Shown here one piece after another: positions 1-10,779 of a DNA stretch of 44,533 bases. The notes beneath the pieces are model-generated. The model was not told the DNA's origin. It searched no databases and worked only from the letters and a program-made list of their open reading frames with translations. Both the position numbers and the translations under genes were made by a program. Positions within the stretch are counted from its first letter, which is position 1; each line of letters starts with the position of its first letter. Source of the stretch: Octopus bimaculoides (Eukaryota); contig NC_068986.1 of NCBI RefSeq assembly GCF_001194135.2, positions 62,862,614 through 62,907,146 on the forward strand. Direction: 5' to 3'.

Positions 1-4
1 AATG

Positions 5-50
5 TCTTACAGCTGTTTCCGGGATATTTATTATATCCCTTCATCAGAGA
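5..50 (-). ncRNA. Minimal type I hammerhead ribozyme motif (HHR1)
   Basis: Minus strand reads (TG)TCT-CTGATGA-A-GGGATAT-aataa-ATATCCC-G-GAAAC-AGCT-GTA-AGA(CA). Helix I is 5 bp, helix II 7 bp, helix III is the palindrome ACAGCTGT, and the cleavage triplet is GUA. Confidence 0.8.
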
Positions 51-215
51 CAGTGTGAGAAAATGATTAAGCAATAGTTAATTTAGATAAGAAATGAAAT
101 AGAGAGTGAAGTGGAGGAATGAAAATAGATGTGAGATATGCAGGGATTCCTCCACTTCACTCTCTATTTCATATCTTATCTAAATTAACTATTGCTTAAC
201 TATTTTCTCACACTA

Positions 216-261
216 TCTCTGATGAAGGGATATAATAAATGTCCCAGAAACAGCTGTAAGA
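216..261 (+). ncRNA. Minimal type I hammerhead ribozyme motif (HHR2)
   Basis: TCT-CTGATGA(219-225)-A-GGGATAT...ATGTCCC-A-GAAAC(247-251)-AGCT-GTA(256-258)-AGA. Confidence 0.75.
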
Positions 262-1531
262 CCTATTTATAAATGTTCTAAAATCTTCACAGCCTTGGTT
301 TTTAATCTCATTCAGAAAAAAAATTTTCTATATATACACATGCTGGTATATGACCTACGTTGACTCCTTATTCACATAATCACCGAACCTGGAGCTTAAC
401 TATGGTTTGTCCAGAGCACTTACTCATCAGTACCTGACACCTTTGGGTCTTATTGACACCATTACCTCTCATAACATATATATATGTCCTTTTATTCTTT
501 TTTAATTTAGAGTTAATTTTGACCAGCCAGCTGCTTGGTATCAAGATTATGAAGGAAAGCATTTTGTTTGGTTCATCACTCTTTAAATCTCAAGGAGGTC
601 TTGCAGGTTTTTATAGACCTAGATATCATAATCATTTGTAGTGTTGCATTCTCTCTCCAAGAATCCAAGTTTCGCCATATTTTGATCCAGATGGGTTGGT
701 ACATATCTTGTTGTTCCAGTACTAATAGGTAATGAAGCTGAAAGTATATCTTGGGATCTGGATTTGTGAACTCCTTATCAATAGCTCATAGATGTCCTCT
801 TTCTACTATATATGTCTGATCACATTAGTGTTCAGAGGGCTGATGCTTTCACAATGGCACATCTTTTTCTTGTGGTTCCACACAACAATATCTGGCCAGT
901 TGTGTTTTAAATTGATGGCTGTTTTAATTTTTAAGTTCAGTCAATATTCTTTTGACACATCAGTCTCAAAATAGTCAACTTGGTAAATATTTCATAAAGG
1001 ACCCGTTTGTACCTTAGTGTGAAATAATATTTTTTCCACAGATTTTTTTTGTGTGCATTCAACATATCTGACCTCCAAACCCGCTGCAGAAAAGAAAGTG
1101 GGAAGGGGTGGTTAGAACCTTGGAGTTATTCACCAATGGAGTTTTGTTTCACAGATTTTTTTCCCCATGTTATTTCACATGCTTTCAACAAATGTAACAT
1201 CGAAAAGGAAAGATTTGGCTGCTATTTCTAGCACTCTCTGCTACCACGTAACAGCTATTTGCGATAAAGGACCCGCCAATATTTCACTGTGAAAACATCA
1301 AAATGGGGAAGATATGAGATTTGTAGAATGTATGCGAAATAACCTAGAAAAGATAAAGGGTCCACTGGAAAATTTGGCTACTATTTCTAACACATCCTGC
1401 TAACACGTAGCAGATGTTCCAGTCAAGAATTTTTGCCAAAATTCATGACCGTCTGTCGGGACCGTCTGTTTGCATGAAATCCATCCTTCGTTTCATTTTC
1501 AATGTTGCCACATTTGAACACATACTCATGA

Positions 1532-3720
1532 ATGGAGAATTTCAGTATTTGTAAAAATTGTAATCTTGATTACTATGTATTCATCAGCACTTTTCATTTT
1601 AATGATCAAAAGTCAGTTGAGTTCCTTCGTTCACATGGAGTATTGCCAAAAATAGTGATATGCCCATATTGTAGCAATGAATGTATTTATAGGGAAGACA
1701 AACATTTATGACGGTGTAGAAGAAATCATGTCATTCCTAAAGAAAAGACGCTTTTGTAACTATCCTGTTTTCAATTTCAAAAGTTCGTTTTTGGACAATG
1801 TTCACATTCCTTCATGGAAAGTTATGCTTTTTGTAAACCATTTTGTGAGTCTCTTATGGGACCATAGAGCGGTGGAAAAATGCCTGAAAATCCCCATAAA
1901 GAGCACCACAGATTGGTGATCATTTTGTAGCGAAGTGATGGACATGTGGTTCACACAGCAGTGGTTTTGGTGAGGACGTGGAGATCAATGAAACTTTGAT
2001 TGTTCGAAGTAAATATGCAGAGGGTCAACCGACTTCTGAGCCAAATTTGGTTGTTTGGCAGCATCAAGTGAGCAATTAAATGCTTGAAGTAAAAAGCGTT
2101 TTAGCAAAGTATTTTTGAATGAAAATAAACTAGAGTTGGTTCGTAAGAAAGTTCTTTCCTTTGAAAGGACTCATTTCATTGGTTGAAAAATATACTAGCC
2201 GAAGCTAGTGACCAAAAAATATTCCAAAAGATTGTTTCTGGACGCTTCTTGATGTTTCCAATGAAGGTTATAAAAACCACAATTTTTCCATGTTTTTTAG
2301 TGACATTTACGATATCCTCATGAGGCTATGTCACTCACAACCTTGTGTGTCACATAGTGTTGAAATGTCTGACAGTAACGTAATAGATGCGGCATTATTC
2401 TCTGTTATGACCTTATCATTTATCTAAACTTTTTCCATAGAATACTTTGATGAATTAGTTAAAGAATTTTAGGAAAGACTTCCGCCCCCACCCCACCACA
2501 TTTTCTCCCAAATTTGTTTATTTAAAAAATTCTTTTAGCCAAAAACCCCCATTTTTGGATACGGAGGTTCCGGAAAATTGCCAAAAATTTTCCCCCTCTT
2601 CCCCCTACCAAATTCTTCAATTTTGATTTTTTTTCCCCAACACAACCCTAACCCTAAAACCCTATCCCTAACTGTTACAAAAATGCTTTGAAATTTTTGT
2701 CTGAGTCATCATGTCCATATTTTTCTGCATATTTAGGAAAAAAAAATTCTTACAAAAAGTTTTACAAAAATTTGTGGAAATTTTTTCAGAATTATAATCT
2801 CCGTATTTTTCCGCATATTTTTTTTTTTTTTAATTTCTAAAGAAAGTAAAAAAATTAAGGAAATGGGGGTGGGGGTGGTAATTTAAAAATGCGGAGTTTT
2901 GCCCATTTTTTTGCAGATTCATATTCCTCGTAACTGAAAAGGGGAGGGGTTGTGTTGAAAAAAAATGATTTTAAAAAGGGTGGTGTTTTGGGGGAGGGGG
3001 AGGGGGCAGAAGTCTTGCCGAATTTTATTCTTGTCATCTCTTCACAACTAGTTATCTTTAGATAAAAATACTAGAAAATATTTTTCATTATATTGCCTTG
3101 GATTACTCTTTAAGAGTGAACAAAGGGAGATTACTCCTGATATATATTTTGCAATTGTAATTATTTATCTCTGTAAAATAAAAGTATTCACCAAAATAAT
3201 GCGACTCTGATCTTTTGTATTCGATAATGCTTGTTCTATTAACTACTTCAACTTGCAAGAGAAAGCCACAAAAGAAAAAGATTTATATGTGACATACAAC
3301 ATATCTATACAACATATTCAGTTTGCAATTAAAACCTTGTGGAGCTGTTGCACCAAGAAATGTTATCTGCTTAAATTAACTGTCCTGATAGTTGAGCTGT
3401 TGACCTCTAGATAACTAGAACAGTTGAACTGACAACCAGAATTCATCTATTTAGTTCAGTTAATTATTGTTTTGTTAAAAATTTACAAGGAAAGAAGTGT
3501 GACAACATCACACTTATTCCTCCCATTCAACAATATATTAAACCTGGGAGTATAGTGTATAGTGATACCTGGCCAGCCTACAAGAACTTAAATTCTTTAG
3601 GTTATCAGCATTGTTATTAACCACTGTAAAGATTTTCTGGATAACACACATAAAAACATACACACACAAAACATTGAAAGACTTTGGAGAGACATAAAAG
3701 AATCAATCCTAAGGCCAGGA
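1532..3720 (+). pseudogene. Merlin/ISXO2-type DDE transposase pseudogene in two pieces (~1532-2070 and ~3455-3720)
   Basis: Manual translation gives Zn-ribbon-like CPYCSNECIYREDKHL*RC, then GFGEDVEINETLIVRSKYAEG..QIWLFGSI. After the insert it continues CFVKNLQGKKCDNITLIPPIQQYIKPGSIVYSDTWPAYKNL..INHCKDF..IHTQNIERLWRDIK. These match Merlin motifs VEIDE/KY/W.FG, SD.W..Y, NH and HTQ.IE.LW. Stops and frameshifts are present. Confidence 0.85.
2420..3070. mobile_element. Degenerate foldback/MITE-like element with CCCTAA-like repeats, nested in the Merlin element
   Basis: GGAAAGACTTCCGCCCCCA (~2472) is the inverted match of GGGGGCAGAAGTCTTGCC (~3003). CCCTAACCCTAAAACCCTATCCCTAAC lies at ~2646-2671. 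The sequence is homopolymer-rich and noisy. Confidence 0.45.
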
Positions 3721-4137
3721 ATTCAATCAAAATATCTGCAACAATATCTTGCAAGATATTTATTCATAATTTCTCACTCTCTCAGGTCATCACCATCAAA
3801 CAATTACCAACAAAGACTCCCAATCAGAAGAAGAAGAAAGCTTTTAAGGTATTTTTAATGTTTTTTGCTCTTTCACCTTTACTTTTATTTCTACCTTATT
3901 ATTTCTACCCCCATGGGATTTCTTGGAGTATGACACCCTATTCTTTTTTTTTTTAGGAAAAAAAGTGGCTTGCAGCTGGTTTGGAGGTCAGATACATTGA
4001 ATGCACTTGAAAAAACCTGTGGAAAAAAATGATTTCATACCAAGGTACAAATGGGTCCTTTATGAAGTATTTACCGATATATATGTATACACACACATAT
4101 AAGCACATAAGAGAGATGTCCATAATAGGACATCTAA

Positions 4138-4676
4138 CCCATCAGAAGGAGCAGTCAAACTCCAAACCACAATTAGGGATAATTTCGAAAGGGAATGAAA
4201 AATAAAAACATTTACCATCTATTGAAATGTACACTGTATGTATTTATATGAATAATATATAGTCTATTGACTAGTTTTTTTTCTTCTTGCTAGACCACTG
4301 GTAGCAAAAAGAATTTCTAAGTTTTTTTGCTACCCTGAGATTTATTAACAATGATATAATGATTTTTTTGGCCAATTTCTGAAAGAAAATCAGCATTTTT
4401 TTTTGTATTTGCTGCCGATAAGAAAACCGCACATGTGCGGTAGATATGAAAAATTATAACTTATAAGCACGAGGCATGTTTCTATGTATTGCCTCATATT
4501 TATGTGTTAATCTTGGCTTTTCTGCTGATGATAGCTGGCCTAGCAAATTATTTTATTTTGCTGAAAATAGCTTGAAATCTTGGTTCAGGAAATAGATGGT
4601 AAATGTTTTTATTTTTCATTCCCTTTCGAAATTATCCCTAATTGTGGTTTGGAGTTTGACTGCTTCTTCTAGCAGG
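4138..4676. mobile_element. MITE with 86-bp TIRs, TTAA-like flanks (piggyBac-like, uncertain)
   Basis: 4138-4223 is the reverse complement of 4591-4676. Flanks are CTAA and TTA(n). A related partial copy lies at ~10785-11400. Confidence 0.75.
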
Positions 4677-4690
4677 TTANNNNNNNNNNT

Positions 4691-7600
4691 ATCGTCATCA
4701 TCATCATCATTACTTAATGTCTGCCTTCCATGCTAGAATAGGTGGAACAGTTTCACAAGAGTCAGCCAAGCAGAAGCCTGCACAAGACACCTGAGACTAT
4801 TTTGGCAGGATTTTTATAGCTGGATGCCCTTCCTAACACCAACCACTCAGCAGAATGGACTTAGTGCTTTTTTACATGGCACAAGCACAGGCAAGGTCAG
4901 TTTTGATTAGGTTTTTACAGCTGGATGCCTTTCTGAACACCAACCCCTTTACAGTGTGGACTGGGTGCTTTTAAGTGGCACCTGCACTGACAGGGTCACC
5001 AAGTACTTGCAAGACAAAAAAAAAACTTTTAAGAGGAGAGGGGGCATTGGAGGAGGTGATCATGTGTTGGATGATGAAAGGTTATAGTGAGACAGAGATA
5101 GAAACAAGTGTCTTGCTGTAGAGGAAGTACAAAATTACCCAACTGGAGAGAGAGAGAGATCAGGAATGAAGACAGAAACAGGTGCTCTACTGCAAAGGAA
5201 ATACATAGTTACCCAGCCTGAGGGAAGTGCAGGAGAAGGAGAGAGAGAATGGGAAGCACCAGGATAGGGATGGTGGCAAAATGCCAGGCATACTAACAAG
5301 GGACAGGGATCAGAATATAAATGGGATGGTTGAGAGAATCTAAGTCTCATGTGCTCTAAGTGCTTATCGTTCCTGCACATCTGCCACATACAAAGATAAC
5401 TTTATCTGTTAATTTACCTGTGATTCCACTGCACCTCTTATGTGCCCATAGTTTACACAGGGTACAGTGAATGGAATTTCTTCCAACTCCTTTCCTACAT
5501 ACTGAGTAGGGCCATTTACCTGACAGAAAGAGAGTTTTATCTTCTTTCTTACTAACAATTTGGTCTTAGCTAGGTTAACTTCAAGGCTCTTTGATTCCAA
5601 ATATTGTTTCCATATCTGGAATTTCTTCTCTAATTCTGCTATAAAGATTCTGTAATATAACAGTTCCTACGGGCATCCAGTTTTGAATTCCTCTGTTATG
5701 GCCTGGGGGGATTATAATGAATAAAAGTGGGCTGAGAACTGAGCTCTGGTGAACCCTTACCTGTACGCTAAAGTCATCACTGTATTCATGCCCGACACTC
5801 ACCTTACTGACAGCACCACTGTACATGGCTTGTTCAGCTTTAACAAGCCACTCCTCTACTCCTAACTTCCTTAAAGACTACCACTTAGTCTTCATCCAGG
5901 TCGATGGCTTACTTTTGGCCAAGTACTTTTTCTGCAGCTGTCTCACTAGGAAGATGGCATATGTGGTACTCTTCCCAGGTACAAAACCAAACTGCATCTC
6001 ATCTAGTTTAATTCTATTTCTAATCAATTGAGCTTTAATCCTCTCAGTAACTTTCATGACTTGGTCTAGCAATTTAACTTTTTAGTAGTTGTTATTATCT
6101 AAGGCATTATCTTTACCCTTGGAACAGCTAACTGTAATACTACTAGACCAGTCATTGGGGATGGTGCCTTCCTAAATAACCTGATTAACTATATAGGTGA
6201 CTAAGCTGTATCTTACACCACCAAAAATTTTAATCATCTCAGCAGTGATTCCTGATGGCCCAGGGGCTTTCCCTGTCTTCATGTCCTTAATTGCCTTATG
6301 TATTATGCTGCTATCAACTCTGATGGCTGGTCTCTCAATTGTTCAATATTTGGTAGATTCTCCTTCTCCCATTCATTTTCCACATTTAGTAACCTTTCAT
6401 AGTGAAACTTACATGTATCTTTCTTCTCTGAGTCACTAAGTACAAGCATACCATTATCCATTCACTCACATTTCTCACCTACCACATCTCTATTTTCTCT
6501 GATACACTGCTTTGTAATCCTGAACACCTCATGCATCTGATCCTCACAATGTAGAACATTTGCAAATCTCATACCTTCAGCTACTCCTATTGCCATGTAC
6601 ACCTGACACCTAGCTGCTCTTTTGACTACCTGATATAATTCTCTGTTGCCACTGTTTTTCCAGTCTTTGCAGGCTTGTCTTTTTGCTTTTATAGCACTGT
6701 CAACCTCCTTGCTCCACCACCATGTCACCCTTGGTCAAGCTGGGACTCTGCACCAACCATAGGTTTCGTCCGTAGCCCACGGGAACTTCCAATTGTCCTC
6801 TAAGCTATATGTCCTCAATTCTTCCTCTCTTTTGTCAGAAGCCTCCATAAGTAAATCTCTAAATTTTTGTTTGTTTGCTGGGTCTTTGAGCTTCCATAGT
6901 CTTCTTTTCCAGATTGGCTTATTTCTCTGAGTCATTTTAGCTCTAATTCTGAAGTTACTAACTAATAACCTATGTTAGGTTGTACACTCTTCACTTAGAA
7001 AAGATTTTGCATTTTTTAAGCATCCATCTATCTTGTTGCCTGGTGAGAAAGTGGTCAATCTGGCCTATGTGCTCACCAGACTGATGAGTAATTAGGTGGC
7101 TAGCTGGCTGGCTGGTTTTTTGAAGTTAGTGTTGTAGATCATGAGATCATTTGCCTCACAGAGCTCCAGCAGCCTTGTTCCCTCCTCCATTCTAGGTTGA
7201 AAACCATAGCACCCATGCACTCTCTGGAATCTATGAAGGTGCTGTCCAACATGTCCATTGAAGTCACCAGCCACAATAACAAAGTCTCTGTCATTTGTCA
7301 TTGAAATGGTTTGCAAAAGGATCTCATAGACTTGGTCTTTCAATCAGCCCAGACTGAGGAGCATAGACAGATATAAATGTAACTGTTAATTTATCTATGA
7401 TAACTGTCATCTTCATTACCTTATCACATACTCTGACTACCTCAATTACCTTATCTACCCACTTTTCTGCTAACAGTATGCCTACTCCACCCACTCCATC
7501 CTTCCTGCTGACCCTGAAGAATTTGAATCTCTGTCTCTTTCCTATGAGGAATCTAGTTGAGGCTTCTCTCCATCTTACTTTTTGCACATTACACACAACA

Positions 7601-7760
7601 TGGCGTCGCTCCAACATTTCACTAATCTCCCCACTCCTTCCTTTCATTGTACTAACATTGATGCTAGCGACCCTGTGATTGAGTACTTGGGAGTGGTAGT
7701 GGTAAAGTAGTCGTGGAAATTTTGTCATCACTTGAAAGAAATAAGATCTGCAGAAACACT
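4691..7760 (-). mobile_element. RTE-clade LINE, decayed and internally deleted (APE endonuclease, RT, 3' UTR, (GAT)n tail)
   Basis: ORF fragments: RVASINVSTMKGRSGE..QKVRWR; VAGDFNGHVG; WWWSKEVDSAIK; LDEMQFGFVPGKSTT.AIFL; VHQSSVLSPLLF. A (CAT)n tail lies at ~4691-4710. Confidence 0.9.
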
Positions 7761-8376
7761 TGCCAGCTAGAATAGAGTTTTGATACATAGTTTATTCAGT
7801 GAATCACAGTTTCTCCCACCTAGTCCAACATGTAGAGCAAGAGCCAACAAGTGGGTGTGAGAATAGGGTGGTTACATAAGACAGTTTAAGTATTATATGT
7901 CTAAATATTTATATATGAGGTCCTTTTAACTGTATACAACACTCATCAAGGTGCTTGTATGAAGGCATAAGGGTATAATCAAAATATGCATTCACATACA
8001 CAGCACAAGAAGTGTAGGAGTAGCCAGGTGAAATTGTTAATGTACGAATTAAAATGGTGGTGTTGGAGGGTGGGAGGGCAATAACAGGTGTGCAAGATGG
8101 ACATTGAGCACAGGCCTTGTGCAAACTAAGTTCTACACATCACATAGCTAGACAGGCTCAGAAGAAAAGCTGTAGTATTTGATAATAATTATCATTATTA
8201 TCATTAAAATATACTAAATTAATATATATGTACATTTCGTATGTGTATTTCGTGTGCAAGATTCTTGATGCGGATACGTGTGTTGAAAGAAATACAATTA
8301 AACCTTGAGAGAGGCATTATGCCGGTAATAAACACACGCACTGGTTCAGTCCTTTATTAATTTATATAGTATTTTT

Positions 8377-8417
8377 GTTAAATTATTTCATTGCACTCTT
8401 GCAATCTCTTCAGTAAC
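8377..8417 (-). ncRNA. Minimal hammerhead ribozyme motif (HHR3), AUU triplet
   Basis: Minus strand reads GTTA-CTGAAGA-G-ATTGC-aagagt-GCAAT-GAAA-TAAT-T-TAAC. Helix I is 4 bp and helix II 5 bp. Helix III is AUAAU, self-complementary with a central mismatch. Confidence 0.6.
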
Positions 8418-9577
8418 TTGTCTCCCCACTTCCATTTATTTTGAATGTATGATCTGGCGTTGTTTCGAAACTGTTCGGTATGAGCATGTGAGTGTGTGCA
8501 AGCTCGTATGTGTGCACGCTCATATGTGTGCACGCACTTATGCGTTCGTGTGCGTCCATATGTGTGTTTGTAACAATTTCGTTTATATCAGATCAGATAG
8601 AGACTTTTTTAATTNNNNNNNNNNNNNNNNNNNNNNNNNNNNNNNNNNNNNNNNNNNNNNNNNNNNNNNNNNNNNNNNNNNNNNNNNNNNNNNNNNNNNN
8701 NNNNNNNNNNNNNNNNNNNNNNNNNNNNNNNNNNNNNNNNNNNNNNNNNNNNNNNNNNNNNNNNNNNNNNNNNNNNNNNNNNNNNNNNNNNNNNNNNNNN
8801 NNNNNNNNNNNNNNNNNNNNNNNNNNNNNNNNNNNNNNNNNNNNNNNNNNNNNNNNNNNNNNNNNNNNNNNNNNNNNNNNNNNNNNNNNNNNNNNNNNNN
8901 NNNNNNNNNNNNNNNNNNNNNNNNNNNNNNNNNNNNNNNNNNNNNNNNNNNNNNNNNNNNNNNNNNNNNNNNNNNNNNNNNNNNNNNNNNNNNNNNNNNN
9001 NNNNNNNNNNNNNNNNNNNNNNNNNNNNNNNNNNNNNNNNNNNNNNNNNNNNNNNNNNNNNNNNNNNNNNNNNNNNNNNNNNNNNNNNNNNNNNNNNNNN
9101 NNNNNNNNNNNNNNNNNNNNNNNNNNNNNNNNNNNNNNNNNNNNNNNNNNNNNNNNNNNNNNNNNNNNNNNNNNNNNNNNNNNNNNNNNNNNNNNNNNNN
9201 NNNNNNNNNNNNNNNNNNNNNNNNNNNNNNNNNNNNNNNNNNNNNNNNNNNNNNNNNNNNNNNNNNNNNNNNNNNNNNNNNNNNNNNNNNNNNNNNNNNN
9301 NNNNNNNNNNNNNNNNNNNNNNNNNNNNNNNNNNNNNNNNNNNNNNNNNNNNNNNNNNNNNNNNNNNNNNNNNNNNNNNNNNNNNNNNNNNNNNNNNNNN
9401 NNNNNNNNNNAGGAAGAATCTTTTGCGAATGTACGAAGTATAAACATTGCAAATCACAACACGTGGATTTTACGAAGTTTCTAAAATAACTGCGATTTTC
9501 TATCGAAAAAAAAAATCACAATTTGAATAACTTTTGAGTGAAACACAACACGACACATCTAAAGAAAAACCCTCTGG

Positions 9578-10030
9578 GGCATTCTTTCGATACTAATTCT
9601 CTGAGTGTCAACGACCCACGTAGCTTTGTTTACATCAATTCGGCAATTTCCGTAAGAGGGAAAGGACGTTAGTCAGCGACAGCTCTGATCTGTTAGGTAG
9701 CAGACAGCAGGGACCCCTAACCCTAACCCTAATCCTAACGCTTTCTCTCTCTATCTCTTTCACACTCTCTTAAAAACACGTCACTTATCTCTTGCTTTCT
9801 CTCTCTCTCTATCTATCTCTTTCACACTCCCTGGGAGAGAAAACTGGCATGTATTCTTAAGAGAGGGGGAAAGGAGGGGGAAGGGAGGGTTAGGGTTAGG
9901 GGTCCCTGCTGTCTGCTACCTAACAGATCAGAGCTGTCGCTGACTAACGTACTTTCCCTCTTACGGAAATTGCCGAATTGGTGTAAACAAACGCTGAAGC
10001 AAAAAGGAGGATTGGTATCGAAAGATCGCC
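9578..10030. mobile_element. MITE with long inner inverted arms ending in telomeric repeats
   Basis: Termini are GGCATTCTTTCGATAC / GTATCGAAAGATCGCC. Near-perfect ~106-bp arms at 9625-9730 and 9886-9991. (CCCTAA)3-4 at 9715-9738 and (TTAGGG)2 at 9890-9901. Confidence 0.8.
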
Positions 10031-10058
10031 TATATGTATATATATATGTATGTGTATA

Positions 10059-10092
<34 letters not shown>

Positions 10093-10139
10093 AATTTAAT
10101 GAATGGAGTAAAACGCATATTTTAACTGCATACTTTTAT

Positions 10140-10223
10140 TTCCGACATATGTTTTGAAGAATTACAACTTATGCGATCCATAGGAATCGGCGATGTTAAA
10201 AATGTAAACTTCTCTTCAGGGAA
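10140..10223 (-). ncRNA. Hammerhead ribozyme motif (HHR4) with a core G12>A change, inside a ~172-bp element (10092-10263) flanked by (TA)n
   Basis: Minus strand reads TTCC-CTGAAGA-GAAG-[49 nt]-CTTC-AAAAC-ATAT-GTC-GGAA. Helix III is the palindrome ACATATGT, the triplet is GUC, and AAAA replaces GAAA. Confidence 0.65.
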
Positions 10224-10261
10224 ATGTATGGGAACCAGCTTAAACGTAAGACATTATAACC

Positions 10262-10317
<56 letters not shown>

Positions 10318-10596
10318 TGTGTGACTCTTTCTCCCACCTCTCTATTTTTTCACTTCTCTCCAACACAGTCTCTCTTCTCTCAAACCCTCAACCTCTATTA
10401 TAAATACATACTCCCTCTCTCCCTTTCTCTTTCTCTCTCTCTCTCTCTTTCTCTTTCTCTCTCTCTCTCTCTCTCTTTCCCTCATTTCTATCAGCCTCTC
10501 AGTCTCTCTAAATATATAGACACACTTTCTTTATTTCTTTACTATCTCCCATCAGACCATTAAATTAAAAAGTAAATAAATAAAATATCCATAAAA

Positions 10597-10779
10597 ATGA
10601 CCAGAAACTGGAGGAGCATGGAATTGGCATTGCTTTTGAGAGCCTGGCATTGTGCTGAAGGAGATAACCCAAACAATATAATCACAGCTGTGCTGAAGAG
10701 CAATGGTTACACAAGGACTTTAGCACAGATAAGAACGAAAGAAGCAGAAGTTTACACACTCCTACACTCTCATACCTAA
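10597..10779 (+). pseudogene. Myb/SANT-like (trihelix-type) DNA-binding domain remnant, possibly Harbinger-derived
   Basis: MTRNWRSMELALLLRAWH...IITAVLKSNGYTRTLAQIRTK fits the W..E...LL..W...I...L...GY.RT..Q.R.K pattern of trihelix Myb/SANT domains. The C-terminus looks truncated. Confidence 0.45.

Larger units (their letters stand above)
4..262. mobile_element. Foldback element: 117-bp inverted arms (4-120, 146-262), 25-nt spacer, one hammerhead motif in each arm; Penelope-like pLTR-derived (inferred)
   Basis: The arms align as reverse complements with 6 mismatches in 117 bp. Both end in TCTCTGATGAAGGGATAT...GAAACAGCTGTAAGAC. Confidence 0.85.
982..4075 (+). mobile_element. Merlin (IS1016/IS1595-related) DNA transposon, decayed, with a ~1.4-kb internal insertion
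   Basis: ~105-bp TIRs starting GGTAAATA(T/C)TTCATAAAGGACCC (982-1088 vs 3971-4075) enclose transposase remnants. No TSD is recognisable. Confidence 0.85.
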
